Notes under the pieces: generated by a model | What the model was told of the DNA's origin: nothing | Seen by the model: only the letters and a program-made list of their open reading frames with translations | Databases searched by the model: none | From: the human T2T-CHM13v2.0 reference genome, Homo sapiens | NCBI RefSeq assembly: GCF_009914755.1 | Contig: NC_060935.1 | DNA length: 64,000 bases | Reading direction: 5' to 3' (one strand) | Position numbers and translations under genes: made by a program | Shown: piece after piece, positions 48,049 through 64,000 of the stretch | Position numbering within the stretch: position 1 is the first letter of the stretch | Layout of the letters: every line of letters starts with the position of its first letter

Positions 48049-50537
48049 AAAGATGCAAATTGTGACATCAAAAATTTAAAATGTGGAAGGATGGGTCAGG
48101 ATCACTCATTAGAAGCAGCTAGTACACACCTCCTCCATGAAAAGGAACCAGAATAGTAAATAAACACTTTGAATAGATCATCTAAGAGAGACTTAGATTC
48201 AACAAAGAAGTGATGAGAAGTACTGAATGTGAGTAAGGAGAGGGAAGGGGGCAGCTCTCTTGGCTGGGGATCAGCTGGGAGCCAGAAAAAGCTCCTGGAT
48301 GCAGGGAAAGGGTAAAAGAGAAACCCCCAGGGTTCTACACTCTCACCGCAGGCTTTTGCATTCTTGGCTATGAGAGAACCTCTTGGCCCACAGACCTTTG
48401 GCCTGACATGAGGAACAGACTAGAGACTGTACCAAGATGTCGCTCCAGACGGGGAACCCACATGGAGTCCCACAGGTATCTGAGCCCTGAGCAGCTGCTT
48501 CTTGGTGCCATCCTGAGAACTTTGCTGCTTAGAATCTGCATCCTGTCCTGAGGCAGGACTGACACAGCCAGTGCAGCTGCCACCACTAGGCTGGGACGGG
48601 AAAGGGGAGACTGGGCACTCCCACAGACAACTAGGATAGTCCACATCATCATGCTAGAGGCTACTGTGAAACCAAAGAATGAGTAGACTTCACTCCTCAT
48701 GTCTACTTGCCCACAGTGCGCCATCTGAGAGGGGCCCAGCCTTCCCTGGTGGTAGGCCCACAGCTGACATTTTGACAGTTTAGTCACTGGAGGTCTGCAC
48801 CCTACCCTTGAGCTGGGCTAGGGTTGTTGCTGCTGCAGCAGCTGCCAGTCCAAAAAGGGAAAGAGGAGACCAGGCACTCCCATGACCCCTAGAAAAGTTC
48901 CCACTGCCCTGTGTGGGCTGCTGTGAGACCAGAGCAAGAGCAGTATGCATTCCCCAAAGCTTCTTGCCCACAATGCTCTAACTGAGAGGGGCCTCATCCT
49001 TCCTGGTGGTAGGCCCACAGCACAGCCACCAAAGCCCACAGGGAACATTCCACCAGTACACTGGAAATCACCCTGCCTCTGCCTATTTCAGCCAGTGCCT
49101 AAACACACTACCAGGGAGCCTGTGAACAAGTCTACTTGCCTAATCCTATCCCCCAAGTACTTGAGCATGCCATCCAGAAGCCTGGAAATTTTTTAGCCCA
49201 GTCTACCACCATTGGCACCTGATTAGTCCTGCCAAGATTTGAGGTCAGGCTGACCCAACCTACTGATACCACCACAGCTGACACCCACACACACATGGTA
49301 CCAGCAGGCCAGGGGACTGGAATGCCCACCCATAGCAGTCACCACCAACACCAGTATGGATCACTTGGATTCCAGTAGGTTGCTTTACCACTGCTACTGC
49401 CATCACCCTTATCACACCTGCTGCCCAGGGCCTGAGTGCCTGCCCACAAGCCTGGCCCCCCCTGCTACTACCAGCATCCAAGCAAGCCACCTGGGGATCC
49501 AAGAATTGGCGCTCCAGGACCACTAACAGGTGCGAGAGTAATCTGCTCTGGGGCCTTAAAAGAGACACCACCACTGCCACCACCAAGACCTAAACAATGG
49601 TCCAACTAGTGTCCTAGTCCCATGCATAACTTCACCAACATCTCCACTAATAATCATACCCTAAACCACCGAGAAGTTCAAGATACCACTGACCCTGTGT
49701 GCTGATTAAAAAAAAAAAAACAGAGATCACACTACTTGCTGCAGGCCCCAAAATCAAAGCCAAAAACTTCCTATTCAGCCAACAATGTATATACAAGATA
49801 TATATATATCTTGTATGTCTTCAGGAAAAATCCTCCCCCATGAAAGCAACTTCAGAAAAATTGGAAGAAGTGACTATTACACCAGATATGTAGACATGAA
49901 TGTAAGAGCACAGAAAACAGCAAAAAGCAAGGAAATATGATACCATCAAAGGAACACAACAATTCCCTGAAATAAATCACAATCAAAAATAAATTCACAA
50001 AATCCCAGATCAAGAATTCAAAATACTGATTTTAAAGATGCTCAGTGAGATACAAGAAAACTCTACAAAATAATACCAAAAAATTAAAAAAAAAAAAAAA
50101 CCTCAGGATATGATGAAAATTTTACCAAAAAGATAGGTATTTCTAAAAAGAACCAAATAGAACTTATGGAACTGAAAAATTAATTGGAGAAAATACAAAA
50201 TAAACTCAAAAGTTTTAAAAATAGACTAGAGCAAGCAGAAGAAACAATTTCATAACTTGAAGACAGGTATTTTGAAATAATCCAGTCAGACAAAAATTTT
50301 TAAAAAAATAAGAAAGAAAAAAGCCTTTAAGATGTTTGGCAGTACATAAAATGACAAAATTTACAAATTATTGGTAGTTCCAAGGGTGAAGAGAGATCAA
50401 AAGACTTAGAAAAAATAATAGATGAAAATTTCCCAAGTCTAGCAAGACATTTAGACATACAGATACAGGAGGCTCAGTGATCCCCAGGAAAACAATGCAA
50501 AGAAGATTTTGCCATGGCACATTATAATCAGACTGTC

Positions 50538-51227
<690 letters not shown>

Positions 51228-52588
51228 CTGTCTAAATTCAAACTGAGAGACTGAATTCTAAAATCAGCAAGAGAAAGGTATCAAGTTACCTATAAAGGAA
51301 ACCCCTTTAAATAAACAAGAGTATTCCCAGCAAAGCCTTATGGGCCAGAAGAGAATGGAATGACATATTCAAAGTGCTGAAAGAAAACAACTGGAAGCCC
51401 ATAATTCTATATCTAGCAAGATTAATGTTCATAAATGAAGGAGAAATAAAGTCTTTCCCAGACAAGGAAATGATGACAGAATTCATCACCACTATACAAA
51501 CCCTAAAAGAAATGTTCAATGAAGTCCCAAACTTGGAAGTGATGGAACAACATTCACCATCAAGAAAACACAAAGTATAAAACTCATTGGTAAATTAAAC
51601 ACACCAAAGAGGAAGAAAAAAGAATCAGATGATACCACTATAGAATTCTACCAAACCACAATGACAGGGAAAAAGAAATAAATAATTTAGAAAACAACCA
51701 GAAAAAATTAACAACATGACAAAGAAAAGCTCATATATCAGTATTAACCTTGAACATATACAATTACAGGCTCCACTTAAGAGATACAGATTGGAAAAAT
51801 GCATGAAAAAAATCATCCAACTATATACTGCTTATAATAACCCAATCTTACCTAGAAAGAAACACATAGACTAAAAGTAAAGAGGTAGAAAAGAATATTC
51901 CACACAAACAAAAACCAAAAACAAGCAAGAATAGCTACACTTACATCAGATAAAATGGTCATGGACAGTGAAAAAACATTATGTCACTATATAATAATAA
52001 AGGTATCAACTCAGCAAGAGGATATAATCATTCTAAATATATATGCACCCAACACTGCAGCACGCAGATTCAGAAAACAAATATTATTAGACCTACAGAG
52101 AGAGGGACAGTAAAACAATAATAGTGGGGACTTCAACACCCCCACTGATAACACTAGACAAATCATCGAGACCGAAAATCAACAAAAAAACATGAAACCG
52201 AAATTGGACTTTACACAAAAGGGACCAAACCAGAACATTTTACTCAACAACTTCAGAATACACATTCTTTACATCAGCACATGGAAGGTTCTCTAAGATG
52301 AACCATATGTTAGGCCACAAACTAAGTCTCAACAAATGTTTAAAAATCATATTTTTGAAAATCAAAATCATATCAAGTATCTTCTCAGATCATAGTGGAA
52401 TAAAACTAGAAATCAACACCAAGAGAAACTTCAGAAGCTATACGAACACATGGAAATTAAACAACATGCTCCTAAATTATCACTGTGTCAACAAATAAAT
52501 TATGAAGGAATTTTTTTAATGTTTTCAACTTTTCTTTGAAAGGACATGCAAAAAAATGAGTAAATAAAAATAAAAATATTTTTTTCTT

Positions 52589-52872
52589 GGCCAGGTGTGG
52601 TGCAGCACTTTGGGAGACCAAGCTATAAGGATTTTTTGAAGTCAGGAGTTCAAGACTACCTTGGACAACAAAGCAAGATCCTTGTCTCTACAAAAACTTA
52701 AAAATTAGCCAGGTGCAGTGGTATGTACCTGTAGTCCTAGCTACTCTGGAGGCTGAGGTGAGAGGATCAATTAAGCCCAAGAATGTGAGACTGCAGTAAG
52801 CTATAATCATGCCACTGCACTCCAGCCTGGGTGACAGAATAAAATCCTCTCTCTAAAGAAAAACAAAAAATA
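52589..52872 (+). mobile_element. AluJ-like
   Basis: Diverged Alu inside L1 ORF2. Confidence 0.88.
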
Positions 52873-54892
52873 AATATATTTGAAACAAATGAAAATGAAA
52901 ACACAAACATACCAAACCCTGTGGAACACAGCAAAAATAATGCTAACAGGGAAGTTAGCACTATTTTTGTAGAAAATAGTGAAAAAATAGTAGAAAGTAG
53001 AAAAATTACAACTTAACAATCTAACAACTAGTTAGATTGAACAACTAGTTCAAGGAACTAGAAAAGCAAGAACAAACCAAACCCAAAGCTAGAAGAAGAA
53101 ATGAAATAACAAACATCAGAGCAGAACTAAATGACAAAAAAATCTTAATAATATAATCAATGAAATGAAAAATTTGTTCTTTCAAAAGAAAAACAAACTT
53201 GAAAAACCATGAGCTAGAATAACCAACAAAAAAAGAAAGAAAACTCAAATAAACAAAATCAGAAATGAAAAAGGAGACATTACCAGTCATACCACAGAAA
53301 TACAAAAGATCATCAGAGATGATTATGAAGCACTATATGCTCACAAACTATATGCTCAAAACTTAGAGGAAATGGATAAATTTCTAAAATCATACAACCT
53401 CCCCAGATTCAACCAGGAAAAAATAGAAAACCTGAACAAACCAGTAACAAGTAGCAAGACTGAATCACTAATTTAAAAAACTTCCAACAAAGATGAATTG
53501 TACCAAAAGTACAAAGAAAAACTAATACCAATCCTCCTGAAACTTTTCAAAAATTCAAAAAGGGAAGAATTATCCCGAATTCAATCTATGAGGCCGGTAC
53601 CATCCTGATACCAAAACCAGACAAGGATACAACAAAAAAGAAAACTATAGACCAATATCCCTGATGAATATATACATAAAAACTCTCAACAAAATACTAG
53701 CAAACTGAATCCAACAACACAATAAGAAGATAATACATTATGATCAAATGGGTTTTATAACAGAAATGCAAATGAATTTTATACTAGAGATGCAACAAAC
53801 GTGATACCTTATATAAACAGAATAAAGGACAAAAGCCATATGTTCATTTCAATAGATATAGAAAAGGCATTTGATAAAATTCAGCATCCTTTCATGATAA
53901 AAACTCTCGAATTAGGCATAGAAGAAGCATACTTCAAAATAGCAAAGGCCATGTGTGACAAACCTACAGTTAACATTATACTGAATAGGAAAAAGATGAA
54001 AGCATTTCCTCTAAGAACTGGAACAAGACAAGGATGACCACTTTCACTCCTGTTCTTCAACATAGTACTGGAAGTTCTAGCCAGAGCAATCAAGCAAGAG
54101 AAAGAAATAGTCACCCAAATTGTAAAGAAAAAAGTTAAATTGTCCCTGTTGGCAGATTTTCATGATCTTACAAATAAAAACACTAACCACATCAAAAAAA
54201 ACTATTCTAATTAAATAAAGTTGCAGGATACAAAATCAACACAGGAAAATCAGTACTGTTTCTACATGCTAACAAGAAACTATCCAAAAAAGAAATTTAT
54301 TTAAAACCTACTTACAATAGCTACAAAAAATAAAATACTTAGAAATAAATTTAACCAAGGAGGTGAAAGACCTGTATACTGAAAACTAAAACACTGGTTA
54401 AAGAAATAATGGAAGTCACAAATAAATAGAGAGATATCCTATGTTCATGAATTGGAAGTATTAGTATTATTAAAATATCCATACAACACAAAGCTATCTA
54501 TAGAGACAATGCAATCACTGTCAAAATTTTAATGACATTTTCACAGAAATAAAAAAATCGTAAAATTCGTGTGAAACTACAAAAGGCCCTGAATAGCCAA
54601 ACCAATATTAAGCAAGATGATCAAAGCTAGAGGCATCACACAACCTGACTTTGAAATATACTACAAAGCTAGAATATCAAAACAGCAAGATACTCTCATA
54701 AAGCCAGACACATAAATCAATGGTAAGAATAGTTAACAATGTAATATATTCTTGAAAATTGTTTAGAGCAAATTTTCAGTGTAGTCACTACAAAAAAAGA
54801 TAACTATATGAAGTAATATACATGTTAATTCGCTCAATTTAGCCATGCTACATATGCATATTTCAAAACAATATGTACACAATAAATGTGTA

Positions 54893-54968
54893 TTCGGTTG
54901 GTGCAAAAGTAATTGCAGCAAAATTTGCCATTAATGGCAAAAACCGCAATTACTTCTGCACCAAGCTA
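54893..54968. mobile_element. MADE1 MITE
   Basis: ttcggttggtgcaaaagtaattgc...gcaattacttctgcaccaagcta, flanked by TA. Confidence 0.9.
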
Positions 54969-55564
54969 TAAAATTTGCATTTCTCAATCAAAAAATTGTA
55001 ATTGCTATTAATTACAATGAAGCCATTTATCTGCATTTTATATATAACTACAAAAAACAAACCACTAATATAGAGGAAGCTGTCTAGATATACCATGGTT
55101 TTCTAAAAAAAACTGCAGTGTAAACTTTCACATTCAAATCAGATAGTCATGACTAAGGTAACCCCACTCATCTGTATTTCTGTTTTCTTTTAACATTAAT
55201 ATTCCATTTATATTTAACATTTTTGTTTTGCTTTTTATCATCTCAAATTCTTTTTGGAGAAGTACAGAAAATAGATTTATACAAATAAAATTAAGTGTCT
55301 GCTTCCCTTTATTATGTCAAATGAATGCAACCGGATATATTAGCATCAAATTGGGAGGGTATATTTGGGATGGTCTGACTTAAAATATAGGTTACATGGC
55401 ACACTAAAATTCATGGAGTGTCCCTAGGGAGGTACCTTAAAAGGATAAACAATGAACTTCTTCTAGCAGCTGAACCTGAGGTATAATGAGTAGCTCAAAT
55501 GACGGTTGATAGGGAGAAACATCATATTGTTAAGGTATAAAAAGAAAAAATAAGTTGCCTTTAC

Positions 55565-55668
55565 ATGCCCTAAATTAAAAGTCACAACATCAGACATTTC
55601 AAGCTGAAGATGCTGATTTTTGTTGGAGTGACTTTTGAAGGAGTTAGCGCTAAGTATCATACTCCAAG
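55565..55668 (-). other. Exon-like segment
   Basis: Acceptor ctctttttttttttatag, open frame WSMILSANSFKSHSNKNQHLQLEMSDVVTFNLGH, donor gtaaag (or a GC donor 6 nt further). Confidence 0.35.
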
Positions 55669-56116
55669 CTATAAAAAAAAAAGAGCTTTATTTTAAAAAC
55701 CATGGTTAATAATTTTCCTGAGTCATATTGGCAGGCTAACTATAAGTAAAAATATGTTGAAATAACCAGAAACAACTAGTAATCAGGAGGTTTATGAACT
55801 GAGTACTGATGAGTTGATTAAAGTACCCAGGAAGGTTTATATGGTAGTAGTACATGAGGTGCAATGTATTAGATTAAAACAAGCAGATTTTAAATGCTTT
55901 TGAAAGCATTTTCAAATAAGTAGAAGCTGAATAAACTTACAACTACACTATACTCCAACCACACTATCTTGCTCATTTCCATCTTATGGCCTTTGCAATT
56001 GCTGCTCTCTCTGCTTTTCTCCAAGATCTTTTCAAGCCTTACTCCTCATTTCACTAAGTCTCTGCTTAAATGTCACCTTCTAAAGAGGACTTATTTGACC
56101 TCATCCAAAATAACGC

Positions 56117-56885
56117 TGCCTTAGTATGCTTGTTTGCTAGAACAAAGTACCATGAACTGCGTAATTTATAAACAATAGAAATTTAGCTGGGTTCACTGGC
56201 ATGTGTCTGTAATAACAACTACTTGGGAGTTGTTATTTTGGCAGGAGAATTGCTTAAGCCCAGGAGTTCGAGGTGCAGCGAGCTATGATTGTGCCCCTGC
56301 ACTGCAGCCTGGGCAACAGAGCAAGATCCCATCTCAGAGAGGAGAGAAGGGGAGGGGAGGAGAGGGGAGAGAAAAGGAGGGGAGGGTAGGAGAGAAGAGG
56401 GGAGGGGGAGAGAAAGAGAGACAGAGAAAGAGAGAGGGAGGGAGGGAAGGAGGGAGGAAGGAAAGGAGGGAAGGAGGGAGGAAGGAAGGGAGGGAAGAGA
56501 GGGAGAGAAAAGAAAAGAAGAAAGGAAAGAAAGAAAAAGAAAAAGAAATTTATTTCTCATAGTTCTGGAGGCTGGGAATTCCAAGATGAAGGCACCAGTA
56601 GGATTGGCATTCAGTGAGGGCTGCTCTATATTTCCAAGATAGTCCCTTGTTGCTGCATCCTCTGGAGGAAAGAAAAATCATGTCTTCATATGACAGGAGA
56701 GAAAGAAGGGTAACAGAGTGCTTCCTTCAATCTTGACCCCTTATATAAGGATACTAATCCCACTTGTGAGGGCAGAGCCTTCATGACTTAATTACCTCCC
56801 AAAGATTACATCTTTAATACTGTTGCATTGGGGATTAAGTTTCAACATGACTGTTGGAGGGAACACCATCACTTGAACCACAGCA
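56117..56885 (-). mobile_element. MSTC-like MaLR LTR split by an Alu monomer
   Basis: gtaatttataaacaatagaaattta|...|tttctcatagttctggaggctggg...gttgctgcatcctc...gttgcattggggattaagtttcaacatga. Confidence 0.82.
56186..56546 (+). mobile_element. FRAM / Alu right monomer with a ~210-bp almost pure purine tail
   Basis: Alu right-arm sequence then GGA/GA/GAAA tracts. TSD agaaattta. Confidence 0.85.
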
Positions 56886-58001
56886 AACCTTACTGTCTTT
56901 TATTTTACTCTGCTTTAATTTCCTTTATAACATGTATTGATTTTTGGTAAATTACCCATGCTCCAAACAAGGTAGAAAATAATTAAAGCCTTAGAAAAGA
57001 AAAGGAATTGTTCTTAAAAAAATTACTGAACAAAATAGCTCAGTCTGTCTAGTTATATATTTACAGCCCAAAATCTTGGTTGATGTGGTAACTGGGAAAA
57101 ACAAAACCACTATCTTTATTTCATCAATTGCTTCAGATAAAAAAGCATACACAAACAAGATTAAAAAAAAGGAAAGTAAGCAATGTTAAAATTTGGAGTG
57201 GCTTTTTTTTAATCTTAAAAGTAAGACAGTCTCCTGGATTATGCTGCTGACATACATTTTATATATTACATAAGCTTATAAAATACTCTTGGAAAATGCC
57301 TTCCCTGTGTTTTATCTTTAAAGAGTCCAAAGATTAATGAATCTCATAAAAATGATAAATTAGTATTTCAAAAGCACATTTGCAAAAGAAACCAATAAAG
57401 AGTTTTGGCTTTAAAAGAAAGTTAAGACCAAATATGAAAGAAGAAATTATGAAGCTCTTCAAAGAAACATAGAAGATATAATTAAATAACATTAGATTGT
57501 AGAATATTTTTTTAAAAGAAAACACAAAAAGCAACAATCATGAAGTAAAAGTGATACCATAAAAAAAAACAGTGAAAAACATGCTACTAAATGAGACATT
57601 TATCCCATTAAACAAACAACAAAGGCCTCATTCATGGATTTTATAACAAAGTCCCACACATCAATAAGGAAAAGACAACCTGTTACAATAGTGGTCAAGA
57701 GACTTAAACAGATATTTTACAAAAATAATATACAAATGGCCAATGAACATATAAAGAGATTATTAACCTCACTAATAATTAAAATAATAGAAATTAAAAC
57801 AGAAATAAGCAAATACTCATCCACTACATTGGCAAAAGTACTGACAATAAACGTTTTGGCAAAAATGTAGAACAATATAAAATCACTGCTCTTGAATGTT
57901 TAAGTTGGTATACCTACTTTGAAAGCTGGCAATACCTACTTAAATAGAAGAATCACATGCTCTAAAATCTAGCAATTTATCTCTTAGAAATATACTCTAG
58001 A

Positions 58002-58590
58002 AGTGAACAGGCAACCTACAGAATGGGAGAAAATTTCTGAAATCTATCCATCTGATGAAGGTCTAATACCTAGACTCTACAAGGAACTTAAACAAATTTA
58101 AAAGAAAAAACAAACAACCCCATCAAAAAGTAGGCAAAAGATATGAATAGACACTTCTCAAAGGAAGAGATTTATGCAGCCAACAAACATGAAAAAAAGC
58201 TCATCATCACTAGTCATTAGAAAAATGCAAATCAAAACCACAATGAGATACCATCTCATGCCAGTTAGAATGGTGATCATTAAAAAGTCAGGAAACAACA
58301 GATGCTGGTGAGGATGTGAAGAAATAGGAATGCTTTTACACTGTTGGTGGGAGTATCAATTAGTTTAACCATTGTGGAAGACAATGTGGCAATTCCTCAA
58401 GGATCTAGAACCAGAAATACCATTTGACCCAGCAATTCCATTACTGGGTATATACCCAAAGTATTATAAATCATTCTATTATAAAGACATGCACACTTAT
58501 GTTTATTGTGGCACTATTTACAACAGCAAAGATTTGGAACGAACCCAAATGCCCATCAGTGATAGGCTGCATAAAGAAAATGTGGCACAT
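58002..58590 (+). mobile_element. 5'-truncated L1PA7/8-like ORF2 3' fragment, interrupted
   Basis: agtgaacaggcaacctacagaatggg...aagaaaatgtggcacat, then an abrupt start of a new L1 5' end. Confidence 0.88.

Positions 58591-64000
<5,410 letters not shown>

Noticed and set aside
56203-56642. Charged or low-complexity ORFs of about 120 aa
   Set aside because: Translations of an Alu monomer and its purine tract.

Overview
Repeat-dense primate DNA, almost certainly human, because it carries an L1HS-Ta insertion with the ACA and G diagnostics. I find no intact protein-coding gene; nearly all listed ORFs are L1/Alu/LTR fragments or chance ORFs. Most of the window is nested L1, Alu, MaLR/ERV LTR, L2/MIR and DNA-transposon relics. 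The main points of interest are: (1) a single TSD-bounded retro-insertion fusing a 28S rRNA fragment to the 3' end of an L1PA2/3, creating a 335-codon rRNA::ORF2 fusion ORF; (2) an old DHX9 (RNA helicase A) processed pseudogene containing a locally generated 50-bp inverted duplication, i.e. a pre-miRNA/endo-siRNA-like hairpin with one arm antisense to DHX9 mRNA; (3) two nearby inverted L1 3' ends that share several non-consensus variants, one of them without a TSD; (4) minus-strand exon-like segments that may be remnants of a decayed multi-exon gene; (5) a young, possibly polymorphic L1HS-Ta inside a four-layer L1 nest. Repeat subfamily names and comparisons to DHX9, 28S and L1 consensus sequences are from memory and need confirming by alignment.
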